A stretch of DNA of 64,000 nucleotides, taken from assembly GCA_036510915.1 (NCBI GenBank), contig DATCDC010000027.1:457-64456 (forward strand), written 5' to 3'. The position numbers and the translations under genes are program-made. Origin of the DNA: Solirubrobacteraceae bacterium (GTDB lineage: Bacteria > Actinomycetota > Thermoleophilia > Solirubrobacterales > Solirubrobacteraceae). Under the pieces are notes generated by a model. It saw nothing but the letters and a program-made list of their open reading frames with translations, was not told the DNA's origin and did no database searches. Shown here in pieces: positions 7,277 to 17,337 of this stretch. Positions within the stretch are counted from its first letter, which is position 1, and every line of letters starts with the position of its first letter.

Positions 7277-8251
7277 GTGACACGCGCCGGCCACACCTCG
7301 GTCTCCCCTCCTCCCTGGCAGGTGTGGTCGGCGCTCGGTGCCATCTACGTGATCTGGGGCTCGACGTACCTCGCGATCCGCGTGATGGTGCGCGACATCC
7401 CGCCCCTGCTCGGCGCCGGCGTGCGCTTCGTGATCGCCGGAGCGCTGCTGCTCGCGATCCTGCGGGTGCGCGGCGGCCGCGGCGCGGTCGCCGTCGGCCG
7501 GCGCGAGCTGCTGGCCGCCGCGCTGGTGGGGCTGCTGCTGGCGGCGGGCGGCAACGGGCTCGTCACCCTCGCCGAGGAGCAGGTGCCCTCGGCGCTGGCC
7601 GCGCTGCTCGTCGCTACGGTCCCGCTGTGGGTGATCGTGCTGCGCCGGTTCGCCGGCCGCGAGCGCATCGGCGCGGCGACGCTCGTCAGCGTCGGCGTCG
7701 GGTTCTGCGGCGTGGCACTGCTGCTGCTCCCGGGCAGCCGGCCCGCGGGCGTGACGCTCGGCGGCATGGCCATCGTGCTCGCGGCAGCCGTCAGCTGGGC
7801 CTCGGGATCGTTCGCCTCGCCGCGGTTGCGGCTGCCCCGCGACCCGCTGCTGTCGACCGGCTGGCAGCTCACGATCGGAGGCCTCGTCCTGGTGGCGGTC
7901 GGCCTCGTCGCGGGCGAGGGCGCCCGCGTGCATCCCGGCCACACCTCCGCGGACGCCTGGCTGTCGCTCGCCTATCTGGTCGTGGTCGGCTCCGTCATCG
8001 GCTACAGCGCGTACTCGTGGCTGCTGCAGCACGTCGCGCTCTCGCGCGTGGCGACCTATGCCTACGTGAACCCCGTCGTCGCGGTCGTCCTCGGCTGGTG
8101 GCTGCTCGACGAGCATCTGCGGCCTGCGACGGTCGCGGCCGCCATCGTCATCGTCGGGTCGGTCGCGGTGACCGTGCGGCCGCGGACGGATGCGGCCGCG
8201 CTCGAGCCGGCGCCGGTCGCGGCGGCTACGCGGGCGTCGTCGTCGCCGTGA
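7277..8251 (+). CDS. EamA/DMT family transporter
   Basis: About 10 TM segments. WSALGAIYVIWGSTYLAIRV is a typical EamA repeat, and there is a second EamA half. Confidence 0.85.
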   Translation: MTRAGHTSVSPPPWQVWSALGAIYVIWGSTYLAIRVMVRDIPPLLGAGVRFVIAGALLLAILRVRGGRGAVAVGRRELLAAALVGLLLAAGGNGLVTLAEEQVPSALAALLVATVPLWVIVLRRFAGRERIGAATLVSVGVGFCGVALLLLPGSRPAGVTLGGMAIVLAAAVSWASGSFASPRLRLPRDPLLSTGWQLTIGGLVLVAVGLVAGEGARVHPGHTSADAWLSLAYLVVVGSVIGYSAYSWLLQHVALSRVATYAYVNPVVAVVLGWWLLDEHLRPATVAAAIVIVGSVAVTVRPRTDAAALEPAPVAAATRASSSP

Positions 8252-8714
8252 CGCGCTGGCCCGGCACCGCGCCGGGACCGGCGACCACCACGACCTGCCG
8301 GCCGCGCAGGCCGGTCGCACCGCACTGCTCGCAGACGAGTGCGGCGTTGACCGTGCCGCCGCAGCCCTCGTGGAGGATCAGCGTCGGCGGGCCGGCAGGC
8401 GCGCGGTGCCGGTCGCCCCAGCCCATCAGGGCGATCAGGACGGGAAGCAGGTCCAGCCCGGCCTCCGTCAGCCGGTACTCGTAGCGCGGCGGGCGCTCCT
8501 GGTAGCGCCGGCGCTCGAGCACGCCCTCCTCGACGAGGCGCTCGAGCCGCGCCTGGAGCACGTTGCGCGCGATCCCCAGCTGCTTCTGGAAGTCGTCGAA
8601 GCGGCGCGTGCCGAGGAGGCACTCGCGCAGCACGAGCAGCGTCCAGCGCTCGCCGACGATCTCCAGCGTGCGCGCGATCGAGCAGTTCTGGGTGGCGTAG
8701 TCGCGCCCGAGCAT
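8226..8714 (-). CDS. HxlR family transcriptional regulator
   Basis: CSIARTLEIVGERWTLLVLRECLLGTRRFDDFQKQLGIARNVLQARLERLVEEGVLERR. Trimmed from track ORF 8226..9485 to ATG 8714. Confidence 0.9.
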   Translation of the reverse strand: MLGRDYATQNCSIARTLEIVGERWTLLVLRECLLGTRRFDDFQKQLGIARNVLQARLERLVEEGVLERRRYQERPPRYEYRLTEAGLDLLPVLIALMGWGDRHRAPAGPPTLILHEGCGGTVNAALVCEQCGATGLRGRQVVVVAGPGAVPGQRVTATTTPA

Positions 8715-8774
8715 CGCCGCCGAGTCTACCTGAGTTGCACGATGCGACTCGGAGGGCATGCGAGGCTGTGCACC

Positions 8775-9767
8775 ATGGCTGAGGACTTCACCTGGCGCGA
8801 CGGCGAGCGCACGATCCGCTTCGGGCGCGGGGCGCTCGCCGACGCCCCGGGGCTGCTCGGCGAGGGCTACACGCTGCTGACGACCGAGCGCGCGCGCTCC
8901 GCCGCGCCGGACGTGGTGGCCGCCGCGGCGACGGTCGTCGTGATCGGGCCCGGCCGCGTCGACGACCTCGCGGGCGACCTGCTCGACGACGGCCCCGTCG
9001 CCGGACCGCTCGTCGCGCTCGGCGGCGGCCGCGTGATCGACGTCGCGAAGGCGCTCGGCGCCGCGGGCGGGGACGGGGTCATCGTCGCCGCGATCCCCAC
9101 GACGCTCAGCGCCGCGGAGATGACATGGGTCCACCGCCATGCACGCGGGGTCGACGCGTCGACGCCGCGCCTGCGCCCCCGGCTCGTGCTGAACGACCCC
9201 GCGCTGTCCGCCTCGCAGCCGCTCGCCGAGCTCGCCGCGAGCGCCGCCAACGCGCTCGGGCACGCGGTCGAGGGCAGCCTCACCGCGATGGCGACGCCCG
9301 TCCCGACGCTCGCCGCGCGCGACGCGGCGCGGCGCCTCGCCGCGGCGCTGCCGGCTTCCGGCGAGCCCGACCGCGACGAGCTGGCGCTCGGCGCGCTGCT
9401 CTCCGGCTACGCGATCGACGCCAACTGGTACGGCCTGCACCACGTCATGAGCCAGACGCTCGTGCGCGAGGCCGGCGCGGGCCACGGCCCGGCGAACGCC
9501 GCGGTCCTTCCCGTCTCCGCGGCCGCGCTCCGGCGGCGCAACCCCGAGGCGCTGGCCGAGCTCGACACGGTGATCGGCGAACCGGTCGAGGACGTCGCGC
9601 GGCGCTTCGCGAGCCTCGCGGGCGCCGCGCGGCTGCGCGACATCGGCATCGACGAGTCGGTGCTGGGGGCATGCGCCGACATCGCCGCGCAGCGCGCCGA
9701 GCTGGCGCTCACGCCGCCGCCGGCCGGCCCGCGCGAGCTCGGCGAGCTCTACCGCGAGGCGTGGTAG
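8775..9767 (+). CDS. iron-containing alcohol dehydrogenase family protein (maleylacetate-reductase-like)
   Basis: GGGRVIDVAKAL, TTLSAAEMT and HGPANAAVLP motifs. Divergent from the HxlR gene. ATG at 8775 within track ORF 8190..9767. Confidence 0.8.
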   Translation: MAEDFTWRDGERTIRFGRGALADAPGLLGEGYTLLTTERARSAAPDVVAAAATVVVIGPGRVDDLAGDLLDDGPVAGPLVALGGGRVIDVAKALGAAGGDGVIVAAIPTTLSAAEMTWVHRHARGVDASTPRLRPRLVLNDPALSASQPLAELAASAANALGHAVEGSLTAMATPVPTLAARDAARRLAAALPASGEPDRDELALGALLSGYAIDANWYGLHHVMSQTLVREAGAGHGPANAAVLPVSAAALRRRNPEALAELDTVIGEPVEDVARRFASLAGAARLRDIGIDESVLGACADIAAQRAELALTPPPAGPRELGELYREAW

Positions 9768-9774
9768 CAGCGCG

Positions 9775-10005
9775 CTACCAGGGACTCGTGACGAGCAGCG
9801 TGCAGCTGATCGCCCAGGCGATCGTGACGCCGACGGTCCAGCGGTTCAGGTTGCGCTCGACCAGGGAGCCGCCGCCGAGGTTGCCCTGGCCGGTGCCGAC
9901 GCCGAAGGCGCCGGAGAGGCCCGCGTCCTTGCCCGAGTGCATGAGGATCAGGAAGATCACCACGATCGAGAGCAGCACGGTGAGGGCGTCGAAGAAGAAC
10001 GTCAT
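9775..10005 (-). CDS. secG: preprotein translocase subunit SecG
   Basis: 76 aa, two TM segments, with LMHSGKDAGLSGAFGVGTG typical of SecG. Confidence 0.85.
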   Translation of the reverse strand: MTFFFDALTVLLSIVVIFLILMHSGKDAGLSGAFGVGTGQGNLGGGSLVERNLNRWTVGVTIAWAISCTLLVTSPW

Positions 10006-10373
10006 CGCTCGGCGATGGTAGCGACCGGATCGTCCTCGTGCGCGGGAACGTCGGGTGCCGGCTCGGGCACCTGGAGCGCGTCGGCCTCCCCCGGCGTGAG
10101 CGTGTCGAGCTCGTGCAGGATGTCGACGGCCTCGGCCCGCAGCTGGCGATCGAGCGTGCGCCAGTCCTCCTCGGAGAGCTTGCCTGTCCGGTAGTCCATC
10201 TCCGCGTCGCGGATCTCGCCGTACTTCGCCAGCCGCGCCGCGCGCAGGTCGGCGATGCGGCCCTCGTCGGCCTCGCGCACGGGTGTCATCGCCCCGCGGC
10301 GCAGCGGCTGGCCCACGAACAGCACGGCCAGTCCGACGAGCACGATCACGATGATGAGGGCGGCGACGTCCAT
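10002..10373 (-). CDS. small single-TM protein downstream of ccmF (CcmI/CycH N-terminal-like)
   Basis: MDVAALIIVIVLVGLAVLFVGQPLRR TM segment followed by a charged helical region. Lies 17 nt after ccmF and has an ATGA overlap with secG. Confidence 0.5.
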   Translation of the reverse strand: MDVAALIIVIVLVGLAVLFVGQPLRRGAMTPVREADEGRIADLRAARLAKYGEIRDAEMDYRTGKLSEEDWRTLDRQLRAEAVDILHELDTLTPGEADALQVPEPAPDVPAHEDDPVATIAER

Positions 10374-10390
10374 GGGGCTCCCGCTTCGCC

Positions 10391-12586
<2,196 letters not shown>

Positions 12587-12588
12587 GT

Positions 12589-13005
12589 CTAGGCGGGCTG
12601 GGCTGCGCTGCTCTTCGGGTCCGCGAACTTCGAGGGGCACTTCGTCACCAGCGAGTCCTTCTCGCCGACGTACGCGCTCCCGTCCTTCTTGACGTTCACG
12701 ATGACTTCGCGCCCGTCGCGGAACGGGTCGGGGATCGCGCCGGTGTAGCGGACCGGCACCGAGGTCGACCCTGCGCGGTCGCGTACGCGGAAGGTGATGC
12801 CGTCGCCGACGTGCACGATCGAACCGTTGACGACCTTCCCCGTGAGCTGGTAGCTCTGCCCCGCGTGCGCCGACGTGAGCAGCTGGCTCGGCGTGACGGC
12901 GGAGCTCGATGCGGAGAAGCTCGTGTACGCGAGGGCGCCAGCCAACAGCAGGGCGGCGGTCAGCGCTACGACGAGCCGGATGAGGCGCTTCCGGGCAGGG
13001 TCCAT
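12589..13005 (-). CDS. ccmE: cytochrome c maturation heme chaperone CcmE, Cys-type variant
   Basis: 138 aa with an N-terminal anchor and OB-fold region YTGAIPDPFRDGREVIV. The heme-binding position reads TKCPSKF, where E. coli has AKHDENY. Confidence 0.85.
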   Translation of the reverse strand: MDPARKRLIRLVVALTAALLLAGALAYTSFSASSSAVTPSQLLTSAHAGQSYQLTGKVVNGSIVHVGDGITFRVRDRAGSTSVPVRYTGAIPDPFRDGREVIVNVKKDGSAYVGEKDSLVTKCPSKFADPKSSAAQPA

Positions 13006-13160
13006 AGACGTACCCCAGTATCCCAAACATCGCCGCATTCCGGCCTCACCTGCCCGGACCTGGCGCAGAAATGGCCTGCGCGGCTCAAGATTGGGCAGGA
13101 CTTTCCGATGATGTGAGAAACCTCTTCGCCGGTATGGCGTTTCTCTCCCCAGCAACCACC

Positions 13161-13430
13161 ATGCGCCCGCAGCTCTCCACCACGACCTCCAACCCCCGGC
13201 GCCGCGCCCTGCGCCGGCGCGCGGCGAAGCGCCCGGCGCCGCTGGTCGCGGAGAGCGTCGCAGCGCCGGCGCAGCCGCTCGAGCCGCGCGTGGCGATGCA
13301 GCGGCGGATCCGCGAGGCCGGCGGCCCCGAGGATCACGCGCTGTACACCTGCGGCTGCGGCTACGTGTTCGAGGCCGACGTCAGCACCGGCGTCGCGTGC
13401 CCGAACTGCGGCGTCGAGCAGTCCTGGTAG
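13161..13430 (+). CDS. small zinc-ribbon protein (89 aa)
   Basis: Basic N-terminus, then YTCGCGYVFEADVSTGVACPNCG (CxC-x14-CxxC). The start was chosen at the internal ATG of track ORF 13071..13430. Confidence 0.45.
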   Translation: MRPQLSTTTSNPRRRALRRRAAKRPAPLVAESVAAPAQPLEPRVAMQRRIREAGGPEDHALYTCGCGYVFEADVSTGVACPNCGVEQSW

Positions 13431-13431
13431 C

Positions 13432-13884
13432 TCAGCCCTTGGCCAGCACGACGTGCCAGGTGCCGCCGAAGCTCTGGACGCCGTCGCCCGTCGCCACGCC
13501 CGCCTTCGTGTCGCCGACGAAAGTGTAGACCGGCACGCCGCGCAGCGTCGCCTGGAACGAGCCCGCGCCGCGGCTCAGACGGCCGAGCTTGCCGCTGATC
13601 CCCTTGCCGGCGACGAGCCTGCCGGTCTTCGGTGCCCTGACGACGGGCCAGTACGGCAGGCAGCTCGCCGTGCACAGCAGCTTCCTGGCCGTCTCCGGTG
13701 TGAGCACGTAGAGCGCGTGCCCGCGCCGATCGACCACGATCGTCTTCCCGCCGACCTTCGCCGTCTTCACGAGCGGGGCCGTGCCGCCGGCGAGCGCCGG
13801 GCCGGCGAGCGCGCCGGCGAGAACGGCGAGGGCGAGGGCGAGGGCGAGCGTGGCGCGGTGTGGCTGCATGGAGAGTGAGGTCAT
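13432..13884 (-). CDS. secreted protein with COG4315/Lipoprotein_15-like repeats
   Basis: Signal peptide MTSLSMQPHRATLALALALAVLAGALAGPALA. Repeats GHALYVLTPE...CTASCLPYWPV and GVPVYTFVGDTKAG. Confidence 0.7.
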   Translation of the reverse strand: MTSLSMQPHRATLALALALAVLAGALAGPALAGGTAPLVKTAKVGGKTIVVDRRGHALYVLTPETARKLLCTASCLPYWPVVRAPKTGRLVAGKGISGKLGRLSRGAGSFQATLRGVPVYTFVGDTKAGVATGDGVQSFGGTWHVVLAKG

Positions 13885-13892
13885 GGGTCGTA

Positions 13893-13920
13893 GGACGCCG
13901 GCGGCGGTCGATTCCTTCCC
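13893..13920 (-). promoter_or_regulatory. ECF-type promoter candidate GGGAAGG-N16-CGTCC facing the secreted-protein gene
   Basis: The minus strand reads CGGGAAGGAATCGACCGCCGCCGGCGTCC, then 8 nt, then ATG 13884. It nearly duplicates the plus-strand motif at 13971-13997. Confidence 0.4.
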
Positions 13921-13970
13921 GCCGAGCCGGCCGATCTGCTCGGCCACGCTATCCGACGGCTGAGGACGGC

Positions 13971-13997
13971 GGGAAGGTTTCGGGCGCCGCGGCGTCC
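13971..13997 (+). promoter_or_regulatory. ECF-type promoter candidate GGGAAGG-N15-CGTCC facing the sigma factor gene
   Basis: CGGGAAGGTTTCGGGCGCCGCGGCGTCC, then 7 nt, then TTG/ATG starts at 14005-14014. Confidence 0.4.
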
Positions 13998-14004
13998 TTG
14001 GTCG

Positions 14005-14616
14005 TTGATGATGATGTCGATTGCGGGCGCGAGCGCCCTTTCCAGAGCTACAGTTCGAGACGTGACCGATGCGATGCCCGGCGGCTCGGTCCGCCGGCTC
14101 GATCCGCGACACGTCGGCGACCATCTCGATCGCCTGTTCCGCGCGGCCTGGGCGCTCTCGGGCGACCGCGACGATGCGGAGGAGCTGGTCCAGGAGACGT
14201 ACGCGCGCGTGCTCGCCCGCCCGCGCTGGCTGCGCAGCGACGACGACCTGGGCTACCTCCTGCACGCGCTGCGCAACACCCACCTGGACCGCCTGCGCAC
14301 CAGGAGCCGGCGGCCGTCGGAGGTCCCGCTCGAGGAGCAGGCCGAGCCCCACGCCCGCACGAGCACCTCCGAGCCGCAGACCGCGCTGGAGGCATCGGCG
14401 CTGTTCGCGGTGATCGCCGAGCTCCCCCAGCCGTTCCGCGAGGCGCTCGTCGCGATCGACGTCGCCGGGCTCTCCTACCGCGAGGCCGCCAAGGCCTTCG
14501 GGGTGCGCGAGGCGACGATCACCACCCGCCTGCACCGGGCGCGGGCCCGCGTCGCCGCGCAGCTGCGCGAGCCGGACCCCGCCCCCACGACGATCACCGG
14601 AGGTCACGATGCCTGA
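14005..14616 (+). CDS. ECF (sigma-70 family) RNA polymerase sigma factor
   Basis: Region 2 (DDAEELVQETYARVL) and region 4 (LPQPFREALVAIDVAGLSYREAAKAFGVREATITTRLHRAR). The start is ambiguous (TTG 14005, ATG 14008-14014 or ATG 14074). Confidence 0.85.
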   Translation: MMMMSIAGASALSRATVRDVTDAMPGGSVRRLDPRHVGDHLDRLFRAAWALSGDRDDAEELVQETYARVLARPRWLRSDDDLGYLLHALRNTHLDRLRTRSRRPSEVPLEEQAEPHARTSTSEPQTALEASALFAVIAELPQPFREALVAIDVAGLSYREAAKAFGVREATITTRLHRARARVAAQLREPDPAPTTITGGHDA

Positions 14617-15268
14617 CGAGCGCCTTGAAGCCCATGAGGACATCGGCGCGCGCATCCGCGAGCTGTCCGGGCAGGTCTCCGCACCGCCGCAGCTGCGCGC
14701 GGCCGTCGCCCGCGAGCGCCTCGCGGGCGCTCCTGGCGCACGCCGGCGCCGCACCGCGCGGCGGCCGCTGCTGGCGGCCGCAGCGGGCCTGGCGGCCGTC
14801 GTCGCCGTGACGGTCGCGCTGCTCGGTGGCTCCGGCGCCGAGGCGCCCTCGGCGGCGCAGGCTGCGGCCCTCGCGCTGCGTCCCGCGACGCAGCCGCCGC
14901 CGCCCGTCGACGCCCGCAACGCCCGCTTCGTCGCCCGCTCGGTCGGCACGGTGCGCTTCCCGAACTACGGCTACGAGGCATCGTGGCCCGCCGTCGGCTC
15001 GCGCAGCGACGTGCTCGCGGGCCACGGCGCGACGACCGTGGTCTACGGCCGGGGCCCCGCACGCGTGGGCTACACCGTCGTCGACGGCAGCCCGCTGCGC
15101 ACGCCGGTCTCTGCGCCGCGCGCGAGCTTCCGGCAGATCCACGCCCGCGTCATCCGCCGCGACGGCGGGCTGGCGGTCGTGTGGCAGCAGGGCGGCCACA
15201 CCTGCATCGTCGCCTCACGCGACGCCGGGCTCGCCCAGTTGCTGCGGTTCGCGGCGTGGCGGGTGTAG
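14609..15268 (+). CDS. putative membrane-spanning anti-sigma factor
   Basis: 8-nt overlap with the sigma gene. One TM segment (LLAAAAGLAAVVAVTVALLG) and an extracytoplasmic C-terminal domain. Confidence 0.65.
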   Translation: MPDERLEAHEDIGARIRELSGQVSAPPQLRAAVARERLAGAPGARRRRTARRPLLAAAAGLAAVVAVTVALLGGSGAEAPSAAQAAALALRPATQPPPPVDARNARFVARSVGTVRFPNYGYEASWPAVGSRSDVLAGHGATTVVYGRGPARVGYTVVDGSPLRTPVSAPRASFRQIHARVIRRDGGLAVVWQQGGHTCIVASRDAGLAQLLRFAAWRV

Positions 15269-15279
15269 GACGCACTGTT

Positions 15280-15321
15280 GTACCGCATAGGCGGTACGTC
15301 GATGTACCGCCTAGCCGGTAC
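15280..15321. repeat. pair of 18-bp palindromes GTACCG-N6-CGGTAC (3' flank of the ATPase gene)
   Basis: 15280-15297 GTACCGCATAGGCGGTAC and 15304-15321 GTACCGCCTAGCCGGTAC. The second overlaps the TAG stop at 15311-15313. Confidence 0.8.
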
Positions 15322-16522
15322 GTTCGTCATCGATGCCGACCGGCCGCTCGGCCATTGGCGATGCGCGTCGCAGCCATTCGTCGAACAGTGGGTCGACGAT
15401 GTACCAGCTCCCGTCGCGCTCGTCGACCAGCCCGCGGCCGCGGAGGCGCTCGAGCGCCGGCCGGACGCGCGAGTGGCTGGAGAAGCCGTACAACGTCGCC
15501 AGACCCCGCCCCGTGACCTTCTCTCCGCCGCGGTCGGCGAGCAGTTGCAGCGCGCGCACCTCGTTGGCCTCGGCCTCGTCGCCGTTCATGAGCACGTTGA
15601 GCACCGCCGCGAACTCCGATCGCTCGATCGTCCGAACGAGCCGGTCGTGGGCTCGGCCGACCGTCTCCAGCGTGACGGCCTCCCCCGGCGCCGTGTCCAT
15701 CCAGCACTCCCAGGCGAGCTGCTGCGTGCTGCGCGGGTGCAGAGCGGTCAGGTTGAGCAGGTGCTCGAGGGCCGGCTCCTGCGCGGGCCTGCCGGTGGCC
15801 TCGAACTGGAAGTCGAGGTACTCGAAGAACTCCACACGCCCGATCTCGGGCAGCTGCAGCTGGACCGCCTCACCGAAGATCGGCTGCTCGGAGTCCTCGA
15901 GCATCATCTTCAGCGCGTTGCGGATCGAGCCCGTGAAGAGCAGCGACACGTGGTTGGCGCCGGAGCTCATCAACGCCGAGCGGATGGTGGACAGCGGCTC
16001 GCCCGGGCAGTGGCGCAGGCGCTGGAACTCGTCGAACACGACGACCAGGCGCTCGGAGAGCGAGCGCAGCGCGATGAGCTGGGCGTGCAGGGTCTCGGCG
16101 TCGTGCTCGGGCTTGACGGCGGTGCGCTTCGCCGAGCCCCGGAACAGCTTGATGTCGAAGCCGATCTCCTGCTCGAGCACGCTGATCTGCCGCTGCGCGA
16201 GGCGGCGCAGCCGCTTCGTGGGATGGGTCGTCATCGCGTCGTGCACGCAGCCGATGAAGCCGGGGATGCTCACGACCCGCTGCAGGTTCACCCGGACGAC
16301 GTCGAACGGCGGGGCGTCATCGCCGTGGGCCTTCTCGAGCTCGAGCGCGAGCTGGTTGGTGAAGGTCGTCTTGCCGGTGTCCCTCGGGCCGAACAGCGCC
16401 ACGTTCGTCTGGCCCTTGAGCACGAGCGCCACGGTGTTGGCGAACGACTCCATGCCGACGATCTTCGCGGGGTCGTCGATCGGCCGATCCCAGACGAACG
16501 GGTTGAGCGCACTTCCCGGCAT
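15311..16522 (-). CDS. Walker A/B ATPase with C-terminal winged-helix-like domain (ATPase_2/DUF234-like)
   Basis: 403 aa. Walker A GPRDTGKTT, Walker B LVVVFDEFQ, C-terminus RPALERLRGRGLVDERDGSWYIVDPLFDEWL. Track ORF 15311..16792 was trimmed to ATG 16522 because its extension runs through tRNA-Gly. Confidence 0.8.
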   Translation of the reverse strand: MPGSALNPFVWDRPIDDPAKIVGMESFANTVALVLKGQTNVALFGPRDTGKTTFTNQLALELEKAHGDDAPPFDVVRVNLQRVVSIPGFIGCVHDAMTTHPTKRLRRLAQRQISVLEQEIGFDIKLFRGSAKRTAVKPEHDAETLHAQLIALRSLSERLVVVFDEFQRLRHCPGEPLSTIRSALMSSGANHVSLLFTGSIRNALKMMLEDSEQPIFGEAVQLQLPEIGRVEFFEYLDFQFEATGRPAQEPALEHLLNLTALHPRSTQQLAWECWMDTAPGEAVTLETVGRAHDRLVRTIERSEFAAVLNVLMNGDEAEANEVRALQLLADRGGEKVTGRGLATLYGFSSHSRVRPALERLRGRGLVDERDGSWYIVDPLFDEWLRRASPMAERPVGIDDERTG

Positions 16523-16532
16523 GGGCAGGATA

Positions 16533-16574
16533 GTACCGTCTGCCCGGTACGTTTCGGTACCGCCTGCCCGGTAC
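16533..16574. repeat. pair of 18-bp palindromes GTACCG-N6-CGGTAC (5' flank / promoter of the ATPase gene)
   Basis: 16533-16550 GTACCGTCTGCCCGGTAC and 16557-16574 GTACCGCCTGCCCGGTAC. Same 24-bp spacing as the 3' pair. Confidence 0.8.
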
Positions 16575-16597
16575 AGCTTCGGCGTCCCCTCAAGGCA

Positions 16598-16623
16598 GGA
16601 AGCCCGCAGGTCTGCGGGCTTCC
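16598..16623 (-). terminator. hairpin downstream of tRNA-Gly
   Basis: GGAAGCCCGCAG gt CTGCGGGCTTCC, a near-perfect 11-12 bp stem 4 nt after the tRNA 3' end. Confidence 0.5.
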
Positions 16624-16626
16624 GAG

Positions 16627-16699
16627 AGCGGCGGACGAGGCTCGAACTCGCGACCCTCAGCTTGGGAAGCTGATGCTCTACCAACTGAGCTACCGCCGC
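16627..16699 (-). tRNA. tRNA-Gly (anticodon CCC)
   Basis: Manual fold of the reverse complement: GCGGCGG TA GCTC AGTTGGTA GAGC A TCAGC TTCCCAA GCTGA GGGTC GCGAG TTCGAGC CTCGT CCGCCGC T. Confidence 0.9.
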
Positions 16700-16761
16700 A
16701 GAGCCGCGAAGGATACCGACGAGGCGCCGGCTCAGCGTGCGGCCCGCCGGTCTACCCTTCG

Positions 16762-17337
16762 TTGCCGGTGAAGCGTCCCGGGCTCGTGCCAACCATCGTC
16801 ATCGTCCTGACCGCCGGCCTGATCGGCCTGCTCGTCTACGGCGTCGCGCACACGGGCAGCGACACGGGGCTGGACACCGCGGTCAAGGCGGGCAAGCGCC
16901 CCGTCGCTCCCGGGCGGACCGTCTCGCTGCCCGGCCTCGAGGGCAACCCGGCGACCTCGCTCGCGGCCCTGCGCGGCAAGGTCGTCGTGCTGAACTTCTG
17001 GGCGTCGTGGTGCGACCCATGCCGCGCCGAGGCGCCGACGCTCGAGAAGGCCCAGCGCCGGCTGCTGAAGGAGAACGGGACGGTCCTGGGCGTGACCTAC
17101 AAGGACTTCGCGGGCGACTCGCGCAAGTTCGTCAGCCAGTACCACCTGACCTACCCGTCGCTGCGCGACGACCAGCTGCAGCTCGCGCCGAAGTTCGGGA
17201 CGACGAAGCTGCCGGAGACGTTCGTGATCGATCGCAGCGGGCGAATCGTCGCGATCTCGCGCGGTCAGCTCGACGCGACCTTCCTCGACGCCGCGATCGG
17301 GCGCGCGCTGAGGAGCGGGAACGGGACGGCGGCATGA
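16762..17337 (+). CDS. ccmG: thiol:disulfide oxidoreductase CcmG/DsbE (TlpA/ResA family)
   Basis: N-terminal TM segment and thioredoxin motif [10 protein letters not shown]. The start is TTG 16762 or GTG 16768. Confidence 0.85.
   Translation: MPVKRPGLVPTIVIVLTAGLIGLLVYGVAHTGSDTGLDTAVKAGKRPVAPGRTVSLPGLEGNPATSLAALRGKVVVLNFWASWCDPCRAEAPTLEKAQRRLLKENGTVLGVTYKDFAGDSRKFVSQYHLTYPSLRDDQLQLAPKFGTTKLPETFVIDRSGRIVAISRGQLDATFLDAAIGRALRSGNGTAA

Noticed and set aside
15311-16792. N-terminal extension of the ATPase ORF (and, likewise, 3698..4216 for the SCP2 gene).
   Set aside because: The extensions read straight through tRNA-Gly (16627-16699) and rnpB with its hairpin, respectively. Internal ATGs give proteins with normal N-termini.
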